From: a virus
Taxonomy: Duplodnaviria > Caudoviricetes
Length of the DNA stretch: 33,665 nucleotides
Virus record (IMG/VR): IMGVR_UViG_3300033067_001598
Coordinates: 1 to 33,665 of that record
Direction: 5' to 3' (one strand)
In this document: positions 19,111 through 27,413 of the stretch, one piece after another
How the letters are laid out: each line of letters begins with the position of its first letter
Position numbering within the stretch: the first letter of the stretch is position 1
Notes under the pieces: generated by a model
Database searches by the model: none
Seen by the model: only the letters and a program-made list of their open reading frames with translations
Told to the model about the DNA's origin: nothing
Program-made: the position numbers and the translations under genes

Positions 19111-19139
19111 ATCCTATCACCTGATGGATAGATTGTCAA
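19111..19139 (-). promoter_or_regulatory. Minus-strand sigma70 promoter
   Basis: TTGACA-N17-TAGGAT with a TGn extension. Confidence 0.7.
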
Positions 19140-19153
19140 GAAAGAAGGACGCG

Positions 19154-19840
19154 ATGTACGAACCAGAGACCGCCCCGCTCAGTGACTATCTCAGAGAGCC
19201 GGGACTCAAGCTGGCCACGCTCGATGGGGTGGACTACTACCGGCTTGACCTGGTGATTGCTCGACCGGTCGAGGGCGCTGGTAGCCGCCCGTATTGTCTG
19301 CTCAGAGACTGGGAGCAAACCGCTGTTGGGCGCATCAGCCAACAGGAACTGATTATGCAGATGCAACAGGAGCGCATCGCGGCGCAGCAGCGCGAGATGA
19401 CCGACCTGGTGCAGTTCTATCGCGCAGAAATTGCCAAGCTTACCACCGTCGTTCAGGTCGCACAACACACGCCTACGCAACCGACAGCGCCCGAGATACC
19501 CAAGGCCGCGCCAGTCGAGCAAACCAAACAGCTGAAGAATACCCCTGCGACCGAGCCGGTGGTGTGTAAGCGGTGCGGCGTGCTCAAGCCCGTGATCGAC
19601 TTCCCGCAGGCTCCCGGCGTAACAGTGCCGACCCGACAGGGCCGCGTGTGCAAGGCGTGCATCAGCGACGCGAACAAGCGGCGGCAACACGATGAATCGA
19701 CCGGTCTTGATGCGTTGGCCTTTACGTGCCCACAGTGCAAGTCCCAAGCATTCACCCAGGCACTGCATCGCGACGTATGTGTTCGCTGTGCGAGAACCTC
19801 CATCGTATCCACCGGCGTATCAATCGCCGCAGCCGAATAG
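19154..19840 (+). CDS. Zinc-finger-containing hypothetical protein
   Basis: Four CxxC pairs (CKRC, CKAC, CPQC, CVRC). Confidence 0.7.
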   Translation: MYEPETAPLSDYLREPGLKLATLDGVDYYRLDLVIARPVEGAGSRPYCLLRDWEQTAVGRISQQELIMQMQQERIAAQQREMTDLVQFYRAEIAKLTTVVQVAQHTPTQPTAPEIPKAAPVEQTKQLKNTPATEPVVCKRCGVLKPVIDFPQAPGVTVPTRQGRVCKACISDANKRRQHDESTGLDALAFTCPQCKSQAFTQALHRDVCVRCARTSIVSTGVSIAAAE

Positions 19841-19849
19841 AGTCTCTTT

Positions 19850-21676
19850 ATGCAACACACGCAACGCCAGACCACCACCAAGCCCCGACAGCCCGAGCTG
19901 CTGGAGCTGCCCACCGACATCGATGCCGAGAAGGCCGTGCTGGGATCGATCCTACTGAATCGTGAGGCCATCTTAGCGATCAAGGATTGGCTCAAGCCCG
20001 AGCGCTTCTACCTCGCACGACACACCCAGATCTATGAGGCGGCGCTGAGTCTGGTCGCCCAGGGTACACCACCCGATACGCGCACGCTGGCCAGCGAGCT
20101 CAAGGTACGCAACCAGCTTGAGGCGATTGGCGGGCTGCTGTACCTGACGGAATTGGTTGAAGGCGTGCCAAGCTCCTACCACATTGCGCACTATGCCGCA
20201 CAGGTCGATCGCAGCGGCTATCTGCGAGAGCTGATCCGTGCGGGTGGCCAGATCACGGCTGCCGCCTACAACTGCCAGGGTGACGCCGATGTCGCGACCG
20301 GTGAAGTCACTGAGATATTCCAGGGCGTCATGGGCAGACGGCACCACGGCCCGGCCCCGCGCACGGAATCAATCAATGAACTCTGGGCTAAGTCCTTCGA
20401 TCCGCCCGTCTGGGTAATCGAGGGACTGTTGCTTGAAGGGCTTACCATTTTCTCGGGCAAGCCCAAGATGGGCAAGGGCCTGGTGGTGACGAACCTCGCC
20501 GCGGCGGTGGCCTCGGGTGGCAAGGCCTTGGGTGTGGCCCAGGCGATGCAGGGCGATGTGTTGTATCTGGCCCTCGAAGATCCTGAGGCCGAACTCCAAA
20601 CCCGCTTTGAACGTGCGCTGGGTGGCCGGCCAAATGTGCCACTCTCCTATCGTACCAGTTGGCGACCGCTGGCCTCGGGTGGCCTGGTTGACCTCTCACG
20701 CTGGTTAGACGAGCATCCCGCAGCGCGGCTGATTGTCGTCGACACCTTCAGCGCGGTCGCTCCGATTGAGGATGGCAAGAAGAGTGCCTATGCCAGCGAT
20801 TACACGGCCCTCAGACCGCTCCAGCAGCTTGCCAGCTCCCGCCCTGGCCTGGCCATCATCGCGGTTACCCACTCGCGTAAGGCAGGTGCTGATGACGTGC
20901 TTGATGAGATGAGCGGTACCACTGGCAAGCAGGGAGCCGTCGATCATGTGTGGGTCATGCGCCGCAAGCGCGGTGAGAACGTGGGCGAACTGCATGCCGA
21001 GCTACGGCGCGCGGCCAGTTGGGCCAAGCAGATTCTATTCGACCCAATCCTCGCGACCTGGCGCTTGGGCCAAGATGCCGAAGCGGCCAAGGCGGACACC
21101 ATTCGCGATGACATCTTAGAGGCGCTCAATGATGGCGAGGCGTGGCCCAAAGACTTGTCAGAGCTGATCGATGGCGACCGCGCCCAGGTGCGCAAGCAGC
21201 TTGGTATTCTCAAGCGGCAAGGCCTGATCGAGACCGGCGACCGTGGGCGCTACCGACTCACGAGCGCCGGTCGACATCAGATACAAAAAACATCTGATCC
21301 CGTGGATCAGGGGATCAGGGGATCAGACCTCACGAATGAAAAGCCACACATCAGCCGACCGAAAAACGATTGGCGTGATTGGGATGCGGAATCTGATGAG
21401 GTATCCGAATCGCCTGCTGAAGCACAGGCTGGAATCGAAGGTCTGATCCCGGATCAGACCTCAGTGACAAGCCCTGATCCGGATCAGACCTCGGTTGATC
21501 GACTGCTAAGGAATGTTCCGCCCCGTGAGCGCATCTACATCAGTCTCTACGTCCGCTCGAATAAAGCATCTGATCAGGCAACAGGACGCGCTAAGTGCGA
21601 GGAAAACGGAATCGATTATGCGGCATTGTATCTCGCGATGCACGGTAGTCGGCCAGGGGAAGCGGGCGAGGTCTGA
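19850..21676 (+). CDS. Replication protein: DnaB N-terminal domain + RepA/AAA_25-like helicase + winged helix
   Basis: LPTDIDAEKAVLGSILL..FYLARHTQIY (DnaB-N), Walker A GKPKMGKG, YLALED, IVVDT and HSRK; C-terminal wHTH. Confidence 0.88.
   Translation: MQHTQRQTTTKPRQPELLELPTDIDAEKAVLGSILLNREAILAIKDWLKPERFYLARHTQIYEAALSLVAQGTPPDTRTLASELKVRNQLEAIGGLLYLTELVEGVPSSYHIAHYAAQVDRSGYLRELIRAGGQITAAAYNCQGDADVATGEVTEIFQGVMGRRHHGPAPRTESINELWAKSFDPPVWVIEGLLLEGLTIFSGKPKMGKGLVVTNLAAAVASGGKALGVAQAMQGDVLYLALEDPEAELQTRFERALGGRPNVPLSYRTSWRPLASGGLVDLSRWLDEHPAARLIVVDTFSAVAPIEDGKKSAYASDYTALRPLQQLASSRPGLAIIAVTHSRKAGADDVLDEMSGTTGKQGAVDHVWVMRRKRGENVGELHAELRRAASWAKQILFDPILATWRLGQDAEAAKADTIRDDILEALNDGEAWPKDLSELIDGDRAQVRKQLGILKRQGLIETGDRGRYRLTSAGRHQIQKTSDPVDQGIRGSDLTNEKPHISRPKNDWRDWDAESDEVSESPAEAQAGIEGLIPDQTSVTSPDPDQTSVDRLLRNVPPRERIYISLYVRSNKASDQATGRAKCEENGIDYAALYLAMHGSRPGEAGEV
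21284..21331 (+). repeat. 48-bp perfect inverted repeat, left arm
   Basis: CAAAAAACATCTGATCCCGTGGATCAGGGGATCAGGGGATCAGACCTC is the reverse complement of 21668-21715. Confidence 0.95.
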
Positions 21677-21715
21677 TCCCCTGATCCCCTGATCCACGGG
21701 ATCAGATGTTTTTTG
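21668..21715 (-). repeat. 48-bp perfect inverted repeat, right arm
   Basis: Reverse complement of 21284-21331. Confidence 0.95.
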
Positions 21716-21854
21716 AAGAAACACAGCCCGCCTGGGGTGGGGTGACATACGACGCGACCATGATTCACGGTTTTTGCTCTCTTATAACCCCCCCCCTATA
21801 TATAGTGTGTGTTTATAGGGACACACGATAGCGTGAACGGAAACGGATAGACAG

Positions 21855-22250
21855 ATGACAACGACCAACCGACTCGGCTATCTCTATCAGCAGCTGGTGA
21901 CACGCGCTGCTACCACCGGCCTTGACCAGGCGGCCCAGCTTCCGGGTGGCGCACGGGTTGCGGTACGGGTCCGTGGTGGTGAGCAGGTGGTGACGTTCAG
22001 CCGGGTTGATGTGTTGGTAGGCGAAACCGAACTGACCGTCTTCTGTCGCCACTGTGAGATACCTGCCCATGCCAAGCGCCAGCCAAGCACAGAGCAGGGC
22101 GTCCACAACGACGCCAGCGGGCGAATGCGCTACTACGTGGCCTATCGCTGGCAGCTCGGTGGCGCGGTAGAGCAGGCTGAGCAGCAGGCAATGACGTTGA
22201 CGATACCACCGCGTGAGCGCGCAGGCGCTGAGCTGTGGCCAGACGAATAA
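21855..22250 (+). CDS. Hypothetical protein
   Basis: Co-oriented with the early operon; its stop abuts the next RBS. Confidence 0.7.
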   Translation: MTTTNRLGYLYQQLVTRAATTGLDQAAQLPGGARVAVRVRGGEQVVTFSRVDVLVGETELTVFCRHCEIPAHAKRQPSTEQGVHNDASGRMRYYVAYRWQLGGAVEQAEQQAMTLTIPPRERAGAELWPDE

Positions 22251-22262
22251 GGAGCACCCACG

Positions 22263-23186
22263 ATGACGACCATTGACCTTACCGCCGAATCAACCGAACT
22301 CACCCTCGACCAGCGCGGCGACTTACGCGAGCTTGAGCAGGTGATTGAGCGCGGCCAACGCACCTTTATCGAGGTTGGCTCGGCCTTGCAGGACATCCGC
22401 GACGAATACCTGTACCGTGAGACGCACGAGACCTTTGAGGCCTACCTTAGCGCTCGCTGGCCAGAGATCGGTAAGCGCCGCGCCTACCAACTGATGGATG
22501 CGGCTCAGGTTGCTCAAAAAGTGAACCCCGGTACACAAACACCCATCACCAATGAGCGCCAGGCGCGACCCTTAGCCAAGCTCGAGCCTGACCAGGCACG
22601 CGAGGCATGGGAAGCGGCGACCACGGCCTACGGCGACAACCCGACCGGTGAGCAGGTCAAGCGGGCTACCCTCCGCTACAAGCCAGCTCCGGCTGACTTT
22701 GCCATGTGGGTTGCCCGTGCCAAGGCCATTCATATGGAGCTTGGCTACAGCAATGGCGAATTCGATATCTTCGTCGATGGGGAGCGCTCCTGCAGCGCGC
22801 AGTGGAACGTGGTGAAGCAGCTCGTTAGCCAATATGAGGATGATGCGAAGCTGTTCACCATTCGCCAGATGCACGCGGATCGGCGCTGGGTGGCTGAGCT
22901 GTTTGATGGATCTACAACTGAGAGCGCCTACACCTCAGGCCAGGCGCGCGGGCTTGGGCGGGCACTGGTGCACCGCATGCGGGTGGCTGCGCTGAATGCC
23001 GCGGCCCCTAGCACGACAATTGCCCCAACCCAACCCATTACACTACCCACTGCGCAGAATGGCGCTGGTGAGGTCACGCGAGAGATTATCGAGAGCTACC
23101 AGACTCGCATTCTGCAGGCAACCGACCGCGTAAAGCTCAGGCAGTTGTGTGTCGAATTGTTGATGCTGTTGGATGGTGAGGTATGA
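22263..23186 (+). CDS. Putative DNA-binding protein (LE..I..G...F.EVG.AL..IRD..LY / NERQARPL type)
   Basis: Helical N-terminal domain with an HTH-like segment TFEAYLSARWPEIGKRRAYQLMDAA; AAGGAG RBS. Confidence 0.7.
   Translation: MTTIDLTAESTELTLDQRGDLRELEQVIERGQRTFIEVGSALQDIRDEYLYRETHETFEAYLSARWPEIGKRRAYQLMDAAQVAQKVNPGTQTPITNERQARPLAKLEPDQAREAWEAATTAYGDNPTGEQVKRATLRYKPAPADFAMWVARAKAIHMELGYSNGEFDIFVDGERSCSAQWNVVKQLVSQYEDDAKLFTIRQMHADRRWVAELFDGSTTESAYTSGQARGLGRALVHRMRVAALNAAAPSTTIAPTQPITLPTAQNGAGEVTREIIESYQTRILQATDRVKLRQLCVELLMLLDGEV
22521..22536 (+). repeat. 16-bp palindrome, copy 3 (intragenic, 1 mismatch)
   Basis: GTGAACCCCGGTACAC, encoding VNPGT. Confidence 0.8.
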
Positions 23187-23437
23187 AACAGATTCTCTGT
23201 GCCCGCCCTGGCTGTGACGTGGCGCTTACACCGGCCCAACTCCTCAAGCAAGGCCGCTATTGCAGCCTGCGCTGTGCGGCCTCTGCCAAGCCCGCACAAG
23301 CCCACGTCGAAGGCTCGATTAGCGACACCGCTCGCCAGCTGGGCATTGCACGGCATACCCTCAAGCAGGCGATGGCAACCGGGCGCTATGTCGATGGCGT
23401 GTATACGCCACGTAGGAAGGGGAAGCCAACACAATGA
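23183..23437 (+). CDS. Small Cys-rich plus HTH protein
   Basis: CARPGC..YCSLRC and SISDTARQLGIARHTL. Confidence 0.7.
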   Translation: MKQILCARPGCDVALTPAQLLKQGRYCSLRCAASAKPAQAHVEGSISDTARQLGIARHTLKQAMATGRYVDGVYTPRRKGKPTQ

Positions 23438-23883
23438 CGTACGACATGACCCTCGAAGAGTACAACGCCCGCTATAAGCCACGCAAGGCCAGCTACCGCA
23501 GCAGTGAGGCGGATGAGCATATTGCCCTTATTGCATGGTGCCAGGCGATGCAAGGGCGTGAGCCGTGCCTGCGCTGGATATTCCACCCAGCCAATGGTGA
23601 ATTGCGCGACATCAAAACCGCCGTCAAGCTTAAGAAGATGGGGGTCAGTCCAGGAGTCCCCGATCTGCTGCTACCCATCCATACCCGTAGTTACGCCGGA
23701 CTAGCAATCGAGCTCAAGGTCGGGAACAACAGCACCAGCGATGATCAAACCGCATGGCTGCTGCACTTGCGTAGCGAGAACTGGTACGCACAGGTGTGCG
23801 TCGGCTGGCTGGCAGCCGCACGGTTGATCGTGTGGTATCTCGATATTGCCATGAGCACTGAAGAGTGGAGGCAACTGCAATGA
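23434..23883 (+). CDS. VRR-NUC (PD-(D/E)xK) nuclease
   Basis: Motifs FHPANG, GVSPGVPDL, IELK and Q..WL..L. Confidence 0.9.
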   Translation: MTYDMTLEEYNARYKPRKASYRSSEADEHIALIAWCQAMQGREPCLRWIFHPANGELRDIKTAVKLKKMGVSPGVPDLLLPIHTRSYAGLAIELKVGNNSTSDDQTAWLLHLRSENWYAQVCVGWLAAARLIVWYLDIAMSTEEWRQLQ

Positions 23884-24293
23884 TCGCACACCACGCACGG
23901 CTCCAACGCTACTGCCAGCGCTGCCAGATCAGTAGCGACCTTCGCACCTGTGCCAAGCTCTGCCGGTCGTGTGCCGCAGCGGGCTGGCGCTGGTGCAGCG
24001 ATGGTCGGCACGCGGTACATGTCGCCCCTGGCGCGATATGGAATAAGCGCTGCCAATCATGCAAGAGCAAATACGAGCGGCGCCGCTGGCATGAGCGACG
24101 TGACAAACAACCTGAACCACCCACCGGCTATGTGCCGATAGCGGTCGTCGCCGCGCGCATGTACTACGCCAATCACACTATTCGCCGCTGGCTGGAAAAA
24201 GGTTGGATGAGCGGTGCCAGCTGGCGACGGCCAGGCCAACGAACCCATTGGTTTGTGGAGGATCGATCAAACTATGAGGAGCCGATGCGATGA
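23880..24293 (+). CDS. Cys-rich protein with a C-terminal HTH
   Basis: Several CxxC motifs and IAVVAARMYYANHTIRRWLEKG. Confidence 0.65.
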   Translation: MIAHHARLQRYCQRCQISSDLRTCAKLCRSCAAAGWRWCSDGRHAVHVAPGAIWNKRCQSCKSKYERRRWHERRDKQPEPPTGYVPIAVVAARMYYANHTIRRWLEKGWMSGASWRRPGQRTHWFVEDRSNYEEPMR

Positions 24294-24616
24294 ACACCAT
24301 TACCCTCACCCTGTCCGTGGATAAGGAGCTAACCGCCGATCTGGCCAAACAGGCCATGCGCGAGACGCTGGCACTCCTCGATAGAGCAGGCGCGCTGCCC
24401 CTGCGCAAGGTCGCATTCTCGCTTGAGATTGTCGAAGAGGATGACGCCATCGATCAGCGCAACGACCTGAAGGCACTGCTTGCCGGTCGCCAGGCGTGGA
24501 TTGATGCCACGATTGAGTTGAAGAGTAAAGAGGACATCGAGCGCATGAAGCTGGTCAAGGTCACGCCGATGGATGCGGCGATTCGGGAGGCAGAAGGGAC
24601 ATGGCGCAATGAGTAA
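24290..24616 (+). CDS. Hypothetical protein
   Basis: ATGA overlap and GAGGAG RBS. Confidence 0.7.
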   Translation: MNTITLTLSVDKELTADLAKQAMRETLALLDRAGALPLRKVAFSLEIVEEDDAIDQRNDLKALLAGRQAWIDATIELKSKEDIERMKLVKVTPMDAAIREAEGTWRNE

Positions 24617-24857
24617 ACCATGGCAATTACTTATAGCGCTTGAGGACTACATTGGTGACGCTGACTTGGCGCTCAAGCTCTCAGATGACATTCTCGCAAC
24701 ACCGCCCGATCGTCTCGGCTTGCCGTTCTCGGATAGAGAACTTGCCAAGAGCTACGTCAATCAGGCGACCCGCGCGATGCTTGGCATACAATCACTGTTG
24801 GCAATCCCATTTGAGGATGCACGCAAAGCCGAGGCTAACGACGAGGAGGGGTTGTGA
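24609..24857 (+). CDS. Hypothetical protein
   Basis: Overlaps both neighbouring genes. Confidence 0.65.
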   Translation: MSKPWQLLIALEDYIGDADLALKLSDDILATPPDRLGLPFSDRELAKSYVNQATRAMLGIQSLLAIPFEDARKAEANDEEGL

Positions 24858-24991
24858 AGAAGCCCGCCCTACTCACCCCAGCCACCCACGGCAGCGCCGA
24901 GTCGCTTATTCGCGTGCTGCTGCCCATCGCCCAACGCGTGGCCAGCCAGAACGTGTTAGTATTGCCAGAACGCAAAAAGAAAGCCGCCTAA
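24854..24991 (+). CDS. 45-aa protein directly upstream of the integrase
   Basis: GAGGAGG RBS and GTGA overlap; MKKPALLTPATHGSAESLIRVLLPIAQRVASQNVLVLPERKKKAA*. Confidence 0.6.
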   Translation: MKKPALLTPATHGSAESLIRVLLPIAQRVASQNVLVLPERKKKAA

Positions 24992-25000
24992 GAGGTATCT

Positions 25001-26506
25001 ATGCGCTGTCGTGATTACATCCGGGTATCGAGCCGCAAGCAGGTGCGTGGCGCATCGCTTGACGACCAACAGCGCGCCAACGCAGGGAGAGCGAGCCAGC
25101 TCGGCAGCGCGATTGACTTCACCTATGTCGAGGCCGGTGAGAGTGCGTTTCGTGAGAAGCTCGATAAGCGCCAGGCGTTCCAGCAGATGTTAGAGGATGC
25201 CAAGGCGCGCCGCTTCGATACCCTGATTGTCTATGACCTCTCACGCTTCAGCCGCTTTGCACGGGTGGCCTTGCAGGTCGCTGCCGACCTTGAGCGCCTG
25301 GGCGTGCAGGTGGTGAGCGCTACTGAGTATTTTGATATGGCCACGGCAGCAGGCCGGATGACCTTCACGATGCTCGCAGCAGCGGCGCAATTCAAGAGCG
25401 ACCACCTAAGCGAGCGTATGAAGTCGGTGCGCAAGAGTGAGGCCGAGCGCGGTGAGCATATTGGCCCCGTGCCCCTCGGCTACATCCGCACGAATGGCAG
25501 GCTCACGATTGACCCAGCCACCGCACCTGGTGTGTTACTTCTAGGCGAGATCTACGCCCGTGGTGACGTGGGTGTGGGTACGGCGGTGGATCGGGTGCGT
25601 GAGGCGGGCTACTCCATCAACGCCCTCGCGGCTGAAGAGATGATCGGCAACCCCACCTATGCCGGTCACAGTTGCCACAAGGGCCGCGTGGTTGCTGAGC
25701 ACACCCATGAGGCCATCTGGTCAGCGGATCTGTGGGCACGCATCCAGGAGGTTCGGCAGCAACGCAGCAGGCGCAGGCCTGCCCAGCAACAACATCATGC
25801 GCTGTTGGCTGGCCTGGCCGTGTGTGGCTGCTGTGGCGCGCCCATGTGGCACCAACCCAATGGATGGCGCGGTCGCTACTATCGCTGCTCCTCGCAGGAC
25901 ACGCGGACGAACGTCGGCCATACCGATCTGCGCTGTGATGAGATGGCCGTGCGTGCGGAGCGGGTTGAAGGGATGGCGCTGGCCTGGGTCGAAGCGGCGA
26001 TCCTCACCCCCGATCTGCTCGACATCGCCCGCCGTATGTTGAGCGAGCAGCAACCGGCACAAGCCGCGCCCGATCGTGCTCAGATTGAGCAGCGCCTGAA
26101 GCGCCTCGCACGCGCCTATGCCGATGGAGCGTATGAGGATAGTGACTACGAACAGCGCCGCGCCACCCTGCTGGCTCAGCTTGAAACAAGCGCAACCCCA
26201 ACAGCGCCAGTCGCCGATATTGAGGCCGTGCTGCGCGCCTTGCAGGATATGCCAGCACTCGTCGCCGAGGCCACACCCGAAGAGCGCAGACAGATCCTGG
26301 GCCAGCTGGTGAGTGAAGTCTATATCAGGAGGAGTGGCGTGCTTGCGCTCAGGCCCACCAGAATCGCAGCGCCGCTGTTATTGGCAGCGGCGCAGTCGAA
26401 CAGTTGGGATTTAATGAATGTGTGGGAATGTGGGCCGGGTGGGCTTCCCACCGCAGTACCCGCACATTGGTTAAGTCAACGACCAGCTATCCTCATGGCT
26501 GCGTAG
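25001..26506 (+). CDS. Large serine recombinase (integrase)
   Basis: Catalytic YIRVSS and DLSRFSR, recombinase domain (PLGY, NPTYAG, HEAI), Zn ribbon (CGCCG..YYRC..C) and coiled coil. Confidence 0.95.
   Translation: MRCRDYIRVSSRKQVRGASLDDQQRANAGRASQLGSAIDFTYVEAGESAFREKLDKRQAFQQMLEDAKARRFDTLIVYDLSRFSRFARVALQVAADLERLGVQVVSATEYFDMATAAGRMTFTMLAAAAQFKSDHLSERMKSVRKSEAERGEHIGPVPLGYIRTNGRLTIDPATAPGVLLLGEIYARGDVGVGTAVDRVREAGYSINALAAEEMIGNPTYAGHSCHKGRVVAEHTHEAIWSADLWARIQEVRQQRSRRRPAQQQHHALLAGLAVCGCCGAPMWHQPNGWRGRYYRCSSQDTRTNVGHTDLRCDEMAVRAERVEGMALAWVEAAILTPDLLDIARRMLSEQQPAQAAPDRAQIEQRLKRLARAYADGAYEDSDYEQRRATLLAQLETSATPTAPVADIEAVLRALQDMPALVAEATPEERRQILGQLVSEVYIRRSGVLALRPTRIAAPLLLAAAQSNSWDLMNVWECGPGGLPTAVPAHWLSQRPAILMAA
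26408..26477. other. Predicted attP inside the integrase 3' end
   Basis: Imperfect inverted repeat centred on GG 26442-26443; the left half read on the minus strand resembles a tRNA 3' end. Confidence 0.65.
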
Positions 26507-26507
26507 T

Positions 26508-26523
26508 GCGAACCCCGGTTCGC
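26508..26523 (+). repeat. 16-bp palindrome, copy 4 (compensatory variant)
   Basis: GCGAACCCCGGTTCGC, 1 nt after the integrase stop. Confidence 0.9.
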
Positions 26524-26533
26524 TTTCTCCTAC

Positions 26534-26579
26534 TTGACACCTTGACGTATCCTATTGTATACTCCTTGACATGTTGACA
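26534..26579 (+). promoter_or_regulatory. Promoter with four phased TTGAC direct repeats
   Basis: TTGACA-N18-TATACT; TTGAC at 26534, 26542, 26566 and 26574. Confidence 0.75.
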
Positions 26580-26606
26580 TATCAACGAGTCAGGGGGTGA
26601 TGGACG

Positions 26607-26819
26607 CTGAATGATGATCAGGAATCGGCCTACACGCTGAACGGCCAACGCGCGGCGGCAATCCTGGGGGTGAGCCGTGAGACGGTGCGGAACTATGTGG
26701 AGGCGGGGCGGCTGCCGTTTCGCGAGGAGCGGACGGGACTGCGACGCTACTACTACTTTCGCCCCGAGGATGTTGAGCGCTTAGCGAAGGAATTGAAACC
26801 GGAATCGATAAACCAGTAA
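26607..26819 (+). CDS. Xis/MerR-like (HTH_17-type) DNA-binding protein, apparent CTG start
   Basis: LNGQRAAAILGVSRETVRNYVEAGRLP..YYYFRPEDVERL; in-frame stop at 26598. Absent from the ORF track. Confidence 0.8.
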   Translation: MNDDQESAYTLNGQRAAAILGVSRETVRNYVEAGRLPFREERTGLRRYYYFRPEDVERLAKELKPESINQ

Positions 26820-26872
26820 GGCAGGGATCGCCTGGAAAACTACCCCTGCCCTAGCCCTAGAAAGGCACCACT

Positions 26873-27100
26873 ATGATACCACGGATCCTCATCCTCCTGG
26901 GCCTGTGCGCCCTCGTGATTGTCATCGCCCTTGCACTCACCGACCCTGCTCACGGCGCTGGCCGCCCTAAGCCCGCGTGTGTGGGTGTTGTTGTGCGCGT
27001 CATTGAGCCAGGGGTACAGATCGTTCGACAGGATAACGGTAAGCTGTGTCAGCGCTCAGCACCGAAGCATTCGAGCGCGCCCAAGCGGGTGACGCGATGA
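26873..27100 (+). CDS. Small secreted/membrane protein
   Basis: Signal peptide/TM segment followed by a two-Cys domain. Confidence 0.7.
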   Translation: MIPRILILLGLCALVIVIALALTDPAHGAGRPKPACVGVVVRVIEPGVQIVRQDNGKLCQRSAPKHSSAPKRVTR

Positions 27101-27411
27101 TCTACACTGCCGTGGTCAAAATCGACACAAGCGCGGATGAGTCGCATGACGCCGCGCCTACCTACCAATGGATCGGCCTCGACATTCTTGCCGCCGATAC
27201 CTTCGTGTGTGAAGTACGGCTATTGGACGCACAGAATCGACCGGTGCTCGACCTGGACATCCCCAGCGCCGCAGAGCTGGAGTTCGTCCGCAACGTGGTG
27301 AAGCTCTCAGACGTGTATCAGACAGCGATGGTATGGCGTGACACAGTGCAGTACACCGACTCCGAGCGGCTCGCTGAATTACGCCTGATGAAGATACTGG
27401 GGAGTGAATAG
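27097..27411 (+). CDS. Hypothetical protein
   Basis: ATGA overlap with the upstream gene. Confidence 0.7.
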   Translation: MIYTAVVKIDTSADESHDAAPTYQWIGLDILAADTFVCEVRLLDAQNRPVLDLDIPSAAELEFVRNVVKLSDVYQTAMVWRDTVQYTDSERLAELRLMKILGSE

Positions 27412-27413
27412 CC

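Larger units (their letters stand above)
21284..21820. other. Putative replication origin (GATCAG iterons plus AT-rich flank)
   Basis: About 13 GATCAG/CTGATC copies, internal palindromes at 21439-21461 and 21474-21487, and an AT-rich stretch at 21770-21820. Confidence 0.6.

Noticed and set aside
21506-21748. 80-aa minus-strand ORF sharing QKTSDPVDQGIRGSDL with the helicase
   Set aside because: The shared peptide is a by-product of the DNA inverted repeat, and the rest does not look protein-like.
21788-21796. C9 tract as a phase-variation site
   Set aside because: It is intergenic with no clear promoter boxes around it, and is more simply part of the origin flank.
26428-26451. Intact tRNA gene
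   Set aside because: Only a T-stem and acceptor 3' remnant with a 3-nt loop is present, with no D or anticodon arm. Treated as att homology.
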